A DNA stretch of 63,987 nt, filler included, from Diploschistes diacapsis (lineage: Eukaryota): assembly GCA_023645945.1 (NCBI GenBank). It is 13 parts of 13 records of this genome, joined end to end, with 100 filler letters (N's around TTAATTAATTAA, not from the genome) between each part and the next. Parts side by side here need not be neighbours in the genome. Positions count along the whole stretch, not along the records: positions 25,831 to 51,615 come from JALAIB010000200.1; positions 51,716 to 54,835 come from JALAIB010002000.1; 11 more parts are not named here. One strand, given 5' to 3'. A program made the translations under genes and the position numbers. The notes below the pieces were generated by a model. The model was not told the DNA's origin and ran no database searches. It worked only from the letters and a program-made list of their open reading frames with translations. Position 1 is the stretch's first letter. Each line of letters starts with the position of its first letter. This document shows positions 36,896 through 53,014 of this stretch, one piece after another.

Positions 36896-39151
36896 TTTGA
36901 GCTTTTGATCAATACCAGAACACGAGACACGTCTCTTGAGAAGGAATGGTTGAGGTGAGTGAGGTCTGCAAAGTCCAAAAATTGTTAACTTCGATTCCTT
37001 ACTAATCAATTTTCTGTGGGGCTACGTAAGCGTTAAGCGAGTCCACGCTTGGACTAGTAAACTTCAGGGGACAGTAATTACTGTCAAGCATAGTACTTAA
37101 ACCATCAATTCAATCAACCTTCCCGCCTTTCTTTGCGCCTGCCCCTTTTACGGCTTTCGCTTTGCTTTCGTACGAGACCTCGAGACCTCCATGCTGATTG
37201 TCTCGCATGCGCCCTTTGCCTATCAGCACGTGTTTTCGGAATAGGTTGGCCTTCCATCACTTCTCTCGAAAGGCCAATCTCCCTTCCTCGCTGCTCGACT
37301 CTCTTTGTAGCTCGTCGAGCCTTACTGTTGCTGCTGTAGCAACAGTATTCGTCACGGTCGTTGCATCAGGTTCTGGTGCATCCCTCGCCGACATTACAGT
37401 GCTGTCGTTGTGCGTTTAGCGCTGCTTGCTGGAGTATCTATCACGAACCCTCGGTGATAGCGTGGGTGCACTGCCAGCAGTCCCTTTGACTGTCTTCTTC
37501 CTTCCCTTCGATGTCTTCCCTGTCACTGAGACATGTATATCGCCAGCTGCGTCGTGCCTCTCGTTGAAGCTGACTGTGGCGAGGCATTCTGATGGAACCT
37601 GTATGCACTCGACTGGCGTCTTCCTTTTCTTTGGAATCGTCCCTACCTCCGCTCGATTCTGATCACCCAGCGCTTTGTGATGCTCATTGAATTGTATTGT
37701 AGTGAGCTGTGTGATAAAATTGCTGTCCTTTCATCTGCCATCTTTCCTTTTCTTGAGATCTTGTTTGCTTCTAGTCTTTTTGGGCTTTCACGCGGCTCAT
37801 ACCACTCATAAAGGCTTACCAACACGAAGTCTGATAGGATGGCTACAATTTCAGTGCTTCTCTTGCTTTCCTTCAGAGGTTTTCTCGCAGCTGCTCGCGT
37901 TCTACGTCGCTCATCGAAGCTCGTCGCAACAGAGTCTAGTAGGAATGTTGTGCTTTTTATGGTCGTCTTGCTTTTCTTTGTGGTCTTTTTATTGTCAGTT
38001 GTTCCTGACTACGACGCTCTCTATGCCGTTCTATCGCCGGTTTCGCCAGTTCCGCGCACTGCGAAGGTTTTCGCCCGGTTTCGCCGCCAAAAACTTTTCG
38101 TGATGTGTATTTTAGTTCGAAGGGTGACTTAACTATGCTTAAAAGTCACAAAACGAAAAAGAAATAAAAGAAATAAAGCAAAGAATAAAGATAGAAAAGG
38201 AGATAGGCGAGCAAATATAGTCATTGTAATGAGGATTGACATGCTTCAACCGTTAAAAGTCAAAAAATTGCGTATTATCTATTTTTATGCATGCTAACTG
38301 CAAGGCCATCTGGGCTGCGTGAGAGAGGGAGTCAACGAACAATGGCACCAGCGTTTTGGATTGAACAGAAGTGTGTAACCAGCACTTCGTGCTCAAGCGG
38401 CAAGCTCTGGTTGACGGCAAGGCGAGTGCGATGCGGCGAGACGATGGTCAGATCGCTGCATATGCGCTCGAAGTTGACTTTACCGAAAAGAAAGACGAAA
38501 TCAGAAAATTACGCTCCGGCGAACACAAAAAGGATTGACCCGTAAGAAAATCTATTAAGAAAGAATGGCAGAGATCGAGAAGATGCATCACTCACGCTCT
38601 ATTTCACTGCACAGCCCCCTCCCCAAGAACAAACACCTTGTCATTAGCCTCCGCCAGCGCCTCGTTCAACGCATCTCGCGGACCGTGTACTCTTTCGGCC
38701 CGCTGCGCGAAGCGTAGTCTCTTCCGACGACAATACAGACGTGGGCGCTGCTGGCGAGAATCTGGACACTGGAGCTCCAAAGGCCTTTGGTGCAATCAGC
38801 CGCGACTCATGTTGAAGGAAGCGTGAGGCGGCCAGCGGAAAGAGGGCGGTCGCGGTAGGAAGGAGCAAGAGGGAGCAGGTGATGGAACCTGGCACGATCA
38901 TGGAGGAGCCTTTGCTTCGCTGTCGCTGTTCAGGAGGTTCAGAAGTCCGGGAAGGACCGGCATCTCTCCATCCCGAAGCGTTTCGACGTTCCGGAACTTC
39001 ATTCAAAAATTACGCTTATGTTTCGAGGTGCATCCAGAGAGTGTGAAGCTGTATGGACATTGTATCTTGGCTCGCTAGTATGGAGCCAGTTGGTACAAAC
39101 CATTATGCAAGCGTTTATCTCAACTGACATCTTCAATTGTCTGTTCGATCA

Positions 39152-40424
39152 TTACGAAGCCCTGGATGCATACCCTAGCTCACGATCAACAGCATTAACC
39201 AAGCTAAGCCCCTTCGACCGCCGTTCCAGATTCATCTCGAGCACCTCGAGCGCCCTCGCGCTATAGTCCTGCGATATGCAGCTCATGTGCGGCGTCACTA
39301 TGCAATTGGGTGCATCCCAAAAGTGGATCGTCCCTTGCCAGCGGCTCCGGCGTCGCCACGTCGAGGGCCGCGCCTCTTATGCCTCTGCGGTGCCCCCCTT
39401 GCACGCCTCCCTCCATATCCCGCTCAAACAGCTCCAACGCCTCGATCAGATCCGCCTGAACAATAACGTCCCCCCTAGCCAAGTTTATCAGGAACGCATT
39501 TTCCTTTGCTAGAATCCCAAACTCGCGCTTGCCCAGCATGTGATTCGTCGCCTTCGTTGAGGGCACGCTGACGAGTAGCTGATCCAGATCCTGCCCAAGA
39601 AAATAGTGCAAGGAAGCCTCGTCGTGGGCGCTGTACCACGCACTGGGAACCTCCCCCTCCGGATCCCCAGTGCCTGGGACGACGTAGCCGTGATCCTTTC
39701 TGCCTTCCACCCGAGGTACGAGGAGATGCGGTACACACGATCACGTCCATGCCCATTCCCTTGGCGAGCCTACCAACCTGGCGTCCGATGGAGCCGTAGC
39801 CGAGAATGCCGAGACGCTTGCCAACGTTGTCGGAAACGGTCTGAAAGATGGCCTTTCCGCCCTTGGACTCGTCCCAGGAGTGTTCTCGGTGCCAATTTCG
39901 GAGGATGTCGTATTTACGTGAGGCGGTGAGCGACATCATGACCATTCACTCGGCTATAGTAGGTCCATGGATGCCGGACGACGTGGTGATGGGTACCTGG
40001 GCGTTCTTGTATATGGGCATGTCCCACATGTGGTTCGTACCCGCGCTGACAATGTGCACCAACTCTATCCTCACTGGGTCAGCACGGGTACCTCTTAACG
40101 AGTCTCAAACGTGAGCCGTGGGTCTATCCAATTACCTAGCGCAGGTGCTGAAACAGGGTCAGGTGGGAATTCGCTGAGCGTGCACAGGACGGTCACATCT
40201 TTCCACACTTCTGACACGTAATGTTAGGTAGGCGTGCCAAGCAGCAAAAAGATCGATACCTTCTGGTAAGCCTCTCTGTCTTTTGTTCAGTCCGCATTGA
40301 GCCGTGACGACATGTATGTTATTTTCAACCGAGGGAACCGTTGTTGGATGCGCTCAATCACCTCCCTCGGCTCTGGGAAGGGAATGGCGCACAAGAGATG
40401 GCCTGCCTCGTTCATAATCGACAT
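39152..40424 (-). pseudogene. D-isomer-specific 2-hydroxyacid dehydrogenase, disrupted
   Basis: SAGTNH, TTSSGIHGPTIAE*(W to TGA), GKRLGILGYGSIGRQV, AFLINLARG, GAALDVATPEPL, NCIVTPH. At least two frameshifts and two nonsense codons. Confidence 0.87.
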
Positions 40425-40834
40425 GACGGGATGCTCTCTAGCGACGATGCCAGAATGGAGGACCTCTAGCTTGAGAATAGGACGGATAAAGACTTTACGG
40501 GGATGATAAAAGTTGCACCTGATGCACAGAGCTTGTGAGGTCGAACCATGTCCAGGAACTGTGCCGCAACGCTTTTACTTCAAAAAGAGCCGAGCTGAAT
40601 GCATGCTGAATGCATGCGCCACTGTTCGGTGTCAGTCACACAGTCTATTGGGCACTCTTGCATCAAAGTTTGCTTGCGATTGAGGCGCGTTATTCCTTGA
40701 TCAAACCTCTGCTAATCTACATTCACTTTGAGCAGCTTATCATGTGCTACCAGGTCTTATCCTCACCGCTAGCAGTTCCAATGCACTCTTGCGGCCATGA
40801 AATCTGCCGCTAGGACTCGCACGCCTTTCCCATC

Positions 40835-42549
40835 CTAGAGAGAAGGTATCGCCCTGCCATCGTCATTGTCCGCTGCCTGACGAGCCTTCTTCCTGTCGCT
40901 CCAGATCAATGCGCCGTACAGGCCACTCGCTACAGCCCCGACGACTGTGATGGCCATGCAGATGGAATACCCAGTATGATACAGTGGAGCATCGGCCTTC
41001 AAGAAGGCGAAGGTGGCAACTATGCCACCCGTGTTCCCAAAACCAATCATCCAGGCCGAGCCAATGCTGCGCTGCACATGACCCTGCAGGTTCATAAGAT
41101 ACCAGCAAACTATGCTGGCCCCGGCGCAGAGGCCCCCCATGCAGACCAGGCACAGCCCGGCATACTGGGCCGAGAAATGGGCCGATCCATGCACAGTCAG
41201 CAGTACAGCAAAGCCTGCGATGCTGAGCGACATCCCGAGGATGACAAAGGGATAGCGAAGCCGGATCGCATCGGACAAGTATGCTGCAACCAAGCAGAGA
41301 CCCAGCGCCGCGGCGAAGGGGACTACGGAATGGAGCTGTGTTTGTATTACAGAATAACCAAGTGTCTGTATGATTGTTGGCGTGAAATAGGCTAGTGCTG
41401 TTGCGATATGTCAATATCTGGTTAAACTTTTCGATCTGCTGGCTTACAATATATTGGAGCAACGATTGCTTTGTGATGTTAGAAGGCCTCCTTTGGAAGG
41501 TGCATTTCAGGACCTACAAAAATACATAATGCCCCCGAGCAAATTTCTCATGTCGGTGAAGAATGAAACTGCATCCTTTAAAGTGATGGGGACCAAATGG
41601 TCCTCGTCGGTATGTGTTTTTGCCAACACGTATTCTTTTTCATCTGGAGTTAGCCACTCAGTTTCTCTTGGGAAGTTAGGGACGAGCCAAAAAGATGCAA
41701 TACTAATCAAAGTAGTCACCATCCCTTCTAGTATAAGGATCCATCGCCAGTTGCCCAGGCCTCGGAGATGATTCAGGTTAGCAATAGCAGTAGCGAGAAG
41801 ACCCCCAAAAGAGCTTGCGATAATTACGGAACACCAATATATCGTAAACCTCGTCTGAGCTTCCTCACGAGCGTACCAAAAGCTCATCAGATAATAGCCT
41901 ATATTTCAACGTCAGATGTAGCACGCAGCCTGTTGATAGACGTACTGCCTGGGAAGACTCCAGCTTCAAAAAGACCGAGCAGAAATCGTGTGGCCAAGAG
42001 ACTGATAGCCCTGGACTAGTGGAACAAATTACGAGGCTTTCTCAATACAGTCCAGAAGCACTTACCGAAGCCTTGGCCCAACATGACAAGTCCGAAAGCT
42101 AGCATGCAGCTGGATACTGATAATAGTAAGCAAAGCCCCATAAGTTCTGGAGTCTACCGACGCCAGATACGCGGCTGAAATCGTTTCATCAAGACATTGG
42201 GTGGAATTTCGAAGACGATATACGGCACAAAAAACACCGTGAGGGCAATACTGGGTTGCTGCCCCGACAGTCCGAGGTCGGTGGGCAGATTCATGGTGAG
42301 AGCATTGGAGATGTTGACCCTACAGGAAGAATTGTAAGGCAAGTCTGGAACATGCAAAGGGATATGCTCACCTATCCAAGAAAGCGGCATGTAGATCAGG
42401 AAGAGGGTAGGCATGACATGAAGGTCAATCTTCTGCAGTAATCTTTTTCTGTCGACCTTTACTTCCGACTCGGAGTGGTCTAAAAATGTTGTGGTGCCTG
42501 CTGTGGCTTGGTGCTTCCTCATTTCTGTGTGGCTCAGAGAAACGAACAT
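40835..42549 (-). pseudogene. MFS anion:cation symporter (Dal5/Tna1-like), frameshifted
   Basis: LLQKIDLHVMP, FFVPYIVFEIP.N, RFLLGLFEAGVFPG, SFWYAREE, WRWILILEG, IGFGNTGGIVATFAF. Frameshifts near 42387 (AFLDR motif) and 42003. Confidence 0.8.
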
Positions 42550-43411
42550 TGAATGGAGCTACGAGGTCCACCGAGAGGATCTGTATGTTGAGCGCTGGCG
42601 TCCATTACTGAGTAAGTAGTCTCGGAGAAGTAGAAGTTGGGGGGACAACGCATGTAGCACCCTCACACGCTACAAAATATGTGCGATCAAGGTTTAGAAG
42701 TAACCCACTGACGAGTAGGGTGTATGATGCCTTTCCGTTCAGAGGAGAGAAGTAGGGTTGCAGCATACAAAGAGATAGGAGAAGCTGCAGATAATCGCAC
42801 TATTTGGCGAATGTCTTTTGAAATTAGGTAACTTTGAACGCAACTACCGTACGCAGATCATTTCCGCTCCTGTCGGCAGATGGAGTCAGACTTGTGCTGC
42901 CTTGTCCTACATACTGAATCTTTTGATGGGCTGCTCAGTGCGCTAAGTGTGCCATGGGCCATGGTAACCGTATCTACAAAGTTGACGCTAGTCTTGCGCC
43001 ACATAAGCACTTTGTTTTAGGGCAAAGACCGCCCTGCTAGTGTGGCCTTGCCGGCCACCATGGTATCATTGGTATGGTATGTTATGTGCACAGATACTGC
43101 CGGCAGATACAGTAAGTGGGCTCTGTCTCACTGCTCCTCGATGCATGTAATTGCAACCACCTCCCCTGTCACAACCACCTGATGAAGCAACCCATTCCCT
43201 CCACTAGAGCCTTGCGCAACCGATCGCTCATAATTCCTGTTGAGGATGCTCTTTCGCGTCCGGATGATCCTAGGGCCGTGGGCGGCGTGCTTTTCATGGT
43301 AGGTCACCACGAACTCGCGAAACCGTCCTCTCGCCATAGTTCTCGGCAATGCGACTGTGCCTCGTCTCGTCTCGTCGTGCCTTATCCGGTCCCGTGGTTT
43401 CGCATGTCAGA

Positions 43412-44805
43412 ATGCCACTGAACCGCAGCCTTCCCTACTCCCCCACGCAAGTGAACAACATCACCATTGGGATCTATATACCTTTTATAACAATCTTCTT
43501 TCCATCGCTCCTACGTCAGGCTATGGATTAAGCGGACATGGTACTTCGAAGACAGTGAGCACAATCCTTCTACGAACCTCAAAGCCGTTCCATTTCAAGC
43601 TAATATGCTTTACAGGGCTTGCATTCACTGCATGGGTGAGTTTTGGCCGACGTTGCCAATCTTCACCTGAACTATGTCTAACCAAGATCTCAAGTTTGGC
43701 ACGGTAGCGTTTTGCGGAGTCGATGCAGCTACTATGGCTCATAACGGCGGAAAAAATGAGTGGGACATTACCCCAGCAGAAGCGCAAGAAGCATCTTATG
43801 TGAGTTTGAACACGATACAAGTCTCTGGGGCAGAGCGAGGAGCGGCCGTTAATCAATGTCGAAGTGGTTCAATATCGCCTCTATCCACTACGGCGTCACA
43901 ATCTGTATCGCCAAGCTAACGGTTCTCTGGCTCTACCGGCGCGCCTTTCCTCCCCAGCGCTGTAGTCCCTTCGACATTGGCATCGTTATCCTGATCGTAC
44001 TGATGATTCTGTTCTATACTTCCACCACGCTCGCAAAGATTTTCGAATGCACCCCCAGAAGCAAAATCCTCGACCCGAGCATCCAGGGGTCCTGCGTCAA
44101 CGTTTCCATGCTGTTTAACACGAGCGGGGCCTTCAACACGATCACAGACGCCATCATCCTCTGCCTCCCCATCAAAGCGGTGTGGAAGATGAAGTTGAGG
44201 CTCAAAGACAAGATCGTCGTTGTCCTGGTTTTTACCTTCGGGTTGTGGTAAGGTTTCCACCCACCCCTTGGGCCCCTTTTTCAGGGACCGACAGGTTGCT
44301 GAAACTGCTCGCAGCACGCCCGCCTTCAGCCTGATGGGCTTCATCGTGCGGCTGCAGGGTAGCAACAACCCGGACAAGACCTGGGTACAGCCCGACATCA
44401 TCATGTGGGGGTGAGTACACCGGTTCCCGGCTTCTTGACGGGCCTCTCCCGCCGAGGACCACCATACCGACAAGGGGCGCAAAACAGGGCGGCCGAGCTG
44501 TCGACGGGCGTGCTGTGCGTCAGCCTCCCAGAGCTGGGCTCGCTGCTGAAAAAGCGGAACAAGCGCGACCAGCCCAGCGCCAGCACCGTGAATGGTAACT
44601 ACCGCGAATCCACCTACCACCCGCACGGCAGCCACGGTGCGGCGTCCAAGGGCTGGCACACCAACAGGAAGCTGAATGGCGACTCCTAACTCGAGCTGCA
44701 CGAGCGGGATCCGTACGATTTACACATCGGAGGAGAGAGCAGCAAAGGGCGCCCAACGTGCCGGGAAAGGTACACATTACTCGTGAATTTCAGGTCGATT
44801 CGTAG
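43412..44805 (+). pseudogene. PTH11-like (rhodopsin-domain) integral membrane protein, disrupted
   Basis: AKLTVLWLYRRAF, IFECTP, FNTITDAIILCLPIKAVWKMKL, AELSTGVLCVSLP. Frameshift in exon 1 (about 43500) and a probable premature TAA at 44687. Confidence 0.75.
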
Positions 44806-46045
44806 GAAGTTTGATGCTTGGGATTATGTTGGCTTCTTCTGTAGGTTAAGTGGGCACGTTCATGCGCTATGTGGGCAACTCGCCTGTGCGCATCTTTTCC
44901 ATGTCAGGTATCCATCACGGAATATTTCGAGTTTCGTGTCTGGTTATGATCGAGCCCGCTCGGATCTCAGCTCCTTTTCCCAAGCCGAGTAGAGCTGCCT
45001 GCAATCATATATATTTTGTATCCCATCTTCCAAAAGCTGCTGCGACTGTCCGGTAATGCTCAGATAAATTAACTAGTCTTTGCTACCTGCTCGAAAATGG
45101 GCCGGGTGCTTTATAATTTTGGATACAGAAGATACAGGCTAATTCGATTCTTCTCGTTCTTGCCGCATCATCAGGCATGGTAGAGATAATCAAAGACTTA
45201 CAGAAAGATAGTCTCAGTTGCTTGGTTGGTGCGTAGTAGTAGTCGCACGTATTTGTTCAAGCCGATTGGGGTATCCTGCCAACCGAGCACTACCCGGCTA
45301 GGAAAATGCACTCACGCAAAACTCCATGCACATCTGATGAAGGTGAGACTTTACTACAACCGTTTGACTGGATGATCTTGCAGCTGAATATCGTACCGTT
45401 GCAAGTTTTTTACGTATGATGGGCAACCTCCAAGCATAGAAACTGGGAGATTAAGTGGCTGACAGCTCAGGGAAGGTGCATGTGCACAAGATGAACAGGA
45501 GGTGGCTGAATCATCTATACAAGATACAAACAAGATGCTTCAGGCGCGTCGGGGTGCGCCGCATGCCCTCCATATAAAGTTAATTTTTGTAATGCTATCT
45601 ATTATTTCATAATAAAAGAAGATATGCCATTCTAGCTAGTGAAGGGACCGAAAGCTCTTGTGCCAAACAGATACCTAGTGGCATCGTATCCAGCGCTATC
45701 GTTATACAGCGACGTCGGCACAGGCAAAAGCTAGCTTGTTCTCGCTGATCTTGCCTCTAATTTTTGCGATTTTATATCAGTATGCACCCGTCCAGTATAC
45801 ATTCTTATCTTGATTTCCCAGGCTGCCTCGAGATGATATACATACTAGAATTAGCCACTTCTCGAATTACTACGACAGCTCTAGAGTTTGGCTCGCTCAG
45901 CTATTCAACATGGCTGAGCGCTAGTAGACCTGGCAGAGACTGATATACGAAGCTCACAAATGTCAGTCTACAGGTGCGAAAATTTGATATAAGCGTTATT
46001 ATCAGTAAGTGTGTGACTTAGCAAGCCGGACTTTCTTAGACAAAG

Positions 46046-48120
<2,075 letters not shown>

Positions 48121-48362
48121 ATAATGGTGTTGATACGTGATTCGCTCACTTCTTATGCATTTATCTCGACCATGCAGCGAGATATTGGTTCCATTCGTTT
48201 CTCTGACATATTTTGTGTTTTCGAGATTCCCGCATTTGGGATCTAATTCAATACCCTTTCTATCATTGACGCGCTGCTAGAATCCGCCATAGTCTATATA
48301 AACGAAGACTTATCCCTCTCGAACACATAATTTGCATTCTTTTGTCTTCTTATACCCAAGCC

Positions 48363-49020
48363 CTAGCCATCCAATAGCGCAGACACAAGACTCTCGTTTC
48401 CCCTGATGCCCTGTATACGTTTGTTAGTCGAGTAGAGAACATGGAAAGACGTTCAGAAAACCAAGACAGGAAGATGAAAACCACCCGCAAAACTCACAAA
48501 AGTGCCCAGAACCCTGTTCTGAACCAACCACCTGCCCCCTCTTTCGACCAGCTGGTCCTCGTAGTACCCAAAGTACGACAAACTCTCGTTCGCCGCGGTA
48601 CCCGTGCCCCAGAAGTTACCCTGCAGCCAGTTCCAAGCCGTGGCAGTCCGCGGGCCCGTAGGGTTGATGTACAGGGTCCGAGGTCATGCTGCAACACAAG
48701 GCCCTCAAGCCCCTGCGCCAGGTAGGCCGTGATGGCCGGCAGGCCGACGAAGACGGGGTGGCCGGTGAAGTTGGCCGTAGCATCGGGCGTGAACACGCCG
48801 TCCAACAGGTCGAAGTCGCGCAGGTCGATGGCCACGAGAAACAGGCCCAGTGCCTGCCGGATCGCCGTCGCGGCCGCGACGGAGAGGTTGCTGCTCCTGG
48901 AGGCGTTCGTGCCGGCGGCAGAGACGGAGACGGTGGAGAGGGGGAAGGGCGCACCAGAACAACGGTGCACTACCGTTGCTGCAAGCGCAGCCCAGAGAGC
49001 GAGCGTGTAGAGGGGGGCAT
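48363..49020 (-). pseudogene. Secreted SnoaL-like/NTF2-fold protein, frameshifted
   Basis: AIRQALGLFLVAIDLRDFDLLDGVFTPDATANF...QHDLG then, after a frameshift, TATAWNWLQGNFWG...GYYEDQLV..WLVQNR. The signal peptide region is also frameshifted. Confidence 0.72.
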
Positions 49021-50112
49021 GTTATGTAAAAGGCGCGCGGGAAGAGGGGCTTCCAGACTCGTACGAGTGTGAGTGTGGCGTTTGTTGATAAGATCACAGG
49101 TCAGTTACTTGTGTGCGGTGTAAAAAGAGGGAAAGGTGCTGGGAAAACAGGACGAAAGAGAAGCAATCGCTAAGAAAACGAAAATATGTTTGCTTTATAT
49201 GCTTCAACAGACACGCAAGCTTCTCGACCTCGCCTCGGAACCAAAAAGGTGCATGGAAGATCAGGTTAGGTTCCTGAGCTTGAGGCACAGCTCATGGCGA
49301 GCTCGAGTTGAACCAGCACTGATGCTGAAGCTGAAGCACGCTGCGGAACATCGTCGAGGTGGCCCCTTTGCATCGCAGCAAATCATTGTTGATTGCCAAC
49401 TTTGAGCTACCTTCGCGTGGCTCAGCAGGGCCAGGGCCTGTCGTACTGCCCCTTTGAGCAAGAAACATGACCAGCTGTATGGGTACCTTCTTATTAACCT
49501 GGCGAGGAGACGAGTGCCTCATCGCTTTTAGTCTCTTCTCGTGAAACTAAAAAGCGAGCAGCTGGTGCTCCACGATTGGGGTATAAAGGAAGACGTTCTT
49601 GTTAGCTGCTCCCAAGACGTGCATCTCTGGGGCCATGCAACCCCCTCGAACAATGCAAGGGGCGTGGCAAGTTCCGTGCAACCTCCTTACCGATTATGGC
49701 ATCGCTCGGGACCTGCTTCCCTTTGCTCGACTCCGGCGTAGGCGAAGAGGGAGTGTTGTATTGCGTAAGCGAAACGGTATACCCTTGGCCGCCTGACGGC
49801 ATCCTAGCGTGCAGATCTAACCGCTCGGTACTACGAAGGGCCTTCTCGGAGGTTTTGGCAAAGGGTGAAGGAGGTTTGAGTCACTCCTGTTCATATACGA
49901 GTGTGGGCCGTGGCAATCGCAGCCTTGTGGGCAAGATGACTTGGGGGTTGGCTAATCTGCTGGGGGACAAGGCATCTGCGCATTGGCCTCCTTATGAGAA
50001 CTTGGAACGTTTCTCTGTGGGGTCGGATAATCAAGTGATTGCCGGCATTCTTCCTAGCTGGTCTTAGTGTTATCGCTATTGCTACTCTTTCGACTGGGCC
50101 CGTGCCCGGCCC

Positions 50113-51201
50113 CTACTCCAGCCTAGTGACAGTGAACAGCAGCCGCCGACTGTTCTCATCCTCCACGGGGCTCTGGGGATTGATCCCGACCATGTCCATG
50201 CTTCCGCAGACCTCCCAGCGTGTGCAAGTTGCCTCGCCGACGCGTTTCCACATGTCGCCGAAGGTAGCAACGTCGTGCCGGTAGCTCACGCTGCCCTCAC
50301 TGATGGCCGGCACATCACCCGGCACCACGCTGCCGATCTGGCGCCCGACCAACACGCCCATGCGCTTCACGAGCCGCGCGATTTTCGTTGCTGCGGCCAC
50401 CTGCCGCTCCAGCGTGAACAGGTGGAAGAAGGCGCTGCAGTGCAGCACGTCGACGCCGCGCTCTTCCAGCCGCGCCCATTCCTCTACGCCCTGACCCGCC
50501 GCGGCCACCTCGCTGCCGCTACCATTGCCCTCAAAGACGTCCGCGACGACAAAGCGCGAGCGCAAGGAGCCACGGTCCAGGAACAAGTCGTAGCCGCACT
50601 CCATCAGCGCGCCCTCCACGTCTAGGCCCGTCAGGCGTTCTGAGGGGACCCCGTCCTGCACCAGCTGGCGCAAATCCTGCCCGAAGCAGCAGCCCAGGTC
50701 CAGGTAGGTGGCTTCCGGGGAGGCGCGCAGGCGCTTGAGGATCGTGGGGTACAGCGGGTGCGTGAGCAGGGTTAGGTTCAAGAAGCGGTAGAGGCCGATG
50801 CAGGGGTAGGGATTGGAGGCGAAACCGCGTTCGCGCTGTGAAGCCTGCCGTCAGCAATTTTTCAAGCGGGAAAGGACTGTGAGGGTAGAGATGAGAGAAT
50901 GCAAAATAGAAGTTCTCTGTATGGTACTGGTTGGAGCGTGGAAAGACGTGCCGGCATAAGTTTTGGGGGCATCAGACGCAAGTATGTTATATATAGTGAT
51001 TGGAAAGAGCGATGTTTGTGCAGAATTCTCAGCGTGATCAAGGGCACTTACGATCTGATTCACATGTTGTATGACCTTGTCACTTGGCACCTTGGAATAG
51101 TTTTCTAAAAGCTTGCGGATGGGTTCGTTAACCTCCGTCAGGTCGGCCTGGTACCACTTTCTGTTACGGTCAGGCTTCGAGGTCTCGTTGTTAGCCGCCA
51201 T
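50113..51201 (-). CDS. SAM-dependent methyltransferase, AusD/Trt5/UstM-like (secondary-metabolite type), 2 exons
   Basis: RKLLENYS.VP...HV..I|RERGF..PYPCIGLYRFL, YLDLGCCFGQDLRQLV.DG, GYDLFLDR, SAFFHLF, VGRQIG. Intron at about 50837-51051, and the frame appears open. Confidence 0.88.
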
Positions 51202-51715
51202 GATTGAGGATTCCTAGACTTATTGTTGATTTACGAACTCTGTTTCACAGGAGTCGATCACCAAGGATTGTTCAAGATGGGATGAAGAGTAGATTGTGCG
51301 TGAGGAAGCCATTCGCCATAAATACCCATACTGCGCTGAACAGGTGGGTTACATAGGGTCGGCCAGAATAACCCATAAGCCGGAATCAATGAAAATACAG
51401 ACAAACGATCCTTGCTTACCGATGGCAGTCAAGTCCTTCCGTTTTCTAAAAAACATCGCGTTGGTGTTAACCTGACCCGGCCTAATGTTACAATCTGAAA
51501 GTGAGTAGCTAGCGCTAGACCACTGAGCAAAAAAAATTCTATAAATTCCTACCGCCACCATTTTACAGTTCGTATATATATATAACTTATTCGTCTTAAT
51601 TAGAATCTAATCGATNNNNNNNNNNNNNNNNNNNNNNNNNNNNNNNNNNNNNNNNNNNNTTAATTAATTAANNNNNNNNNNNNNNNNNNNNNNNNNNNNN
51701 NNNNNNNNNNNNNNN

Positions 51716-51952
51716 GGTATGGCGGGAGGGCTGGATGTGAACAGCGACGGGAATGCCAATTACGGCAGCAGGACCAAACTGCCCGAGCTAGGGCTCTTCT
51801 GGGCGCCAGAAGACGAGGCGCTGGTGGGCGGCGTGGTGGACGGGCTGTTGGATCTTTGCGCGAAGATCGTCAGGGGCGACGAGGGGGGCGCAGGGAGGCG
51901 GGCGTTGGAGAGGGCCAGCGCCGTTATCATCGAGGGAGGCGGGAAGATGTAG
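51716..51952 (+). CDS. Probable 3' end of a gene truncated by contig start
   Basis: Open GC3-rich frame from the contig edge to ...KLPELGLFWAPEDEALVGGVVDGLLDLCAKIV...GGGKM*. Family not recognised. Confidence 0.45.
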   Translation, partial: GMAGGLDVNSDGNANYGSRTKLPELGLFWAPEDEALVGGVVDGLLDLCAKIVRGDEGGAGRRALERASAVIIEGGGKM

Positions 51953-53014
51953 GAACCGGGTGGGGTAGAAGGAGGTTGAGGGGGCAGGCTGCGTGGCGGT
52001 ATTTGTGTTTGGGGGAGGGGAAAAACGGAAGGCGGCGGCCATGTCCGGTGCAACAGGAGCGGGCTGCTTGGCCTTGGAATCCTCAGCGGAGTATGGATAT
52101 TGATATCGATAGGGATAGGGGATATGGACATGGGGAACCGATATGGGGCAGGTATGTCTACGGCGAAAGGAACTTGGGATGGGGGGACAGGGAGTGCTTG
52201 GCGCTTCACAGCAGGCATGATGCCACGGGCGATACCCCACATCCTTGTTGTACCTGTAGACTACTATATAATTACATGTACTCGTAATTCAATCCTTCGA
52301 TCTTCAACTCCGTGTACGTCTTCTTCTTCTTCTTCGTCGCAGAACAGACGAACAAGTTGCGATTCAAGGTTCAAGATACTACAACTCGGCTCGCTCGGTA
52401 CTCCAAAAGCCCCCCACGGAAGTCTGGTAGTTTAATTCATCGCTTGACTTGCAACCCGAAGCAAGCAAGTCCCAGCACCGGCACGCGGGGACGCAAGGCA
52501 GCGCGGCTTCGAATGTTTTTTACAAATCCGCTTTCGTTCCTTGTTTTCTCTTCCACGGTGCTCTCTCTCATCATCATGTGGAGATCGATTATCCCTCCGG
52601 TATGCTCTCTCGTGAACGACGTCGTGAACTACCACGGCTAGATTCTCATCGCCTCCCGAAAGCCATGAGCGTCGAGTGCCGCCGGGAAAACGCACGCGGA
52701 CAATGCTCGCTTGCTCGCTCACGTCGACGGCACGCAATAGCAATGGCAACAGCAACAGCAACAGCAGTTGCAAGGGAAGCGAGCTCTTCCGCCTTGCATT
52801 TTTTCCGCTCCTCCACTATCCCACGCCCTAAGCACTCGCTCCTCCAAGAAATCAATGCGTCAGTAAACACGCTAAAGCCACCGAATGTATAGCATCGCTT
52901 GCTCTTCCCCCAGCCTCCGTTTCGCCATCCAGCTCCCCTTTTTCCCTTCCCCCTTTCCCCCTTGTTCAAGGCCGTATCGCCTCCCCTCCCCTTTCGCCTC
53001 TCACCCAACAAAGA

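Noticed and set aside
38604..38901. Possible small secreted protein (MIVPGSITCSLLLLPTATALFPLAAS...)
   Set aside because: Signal-like start only, ambiguous frame and no family motif. Too weak to call.
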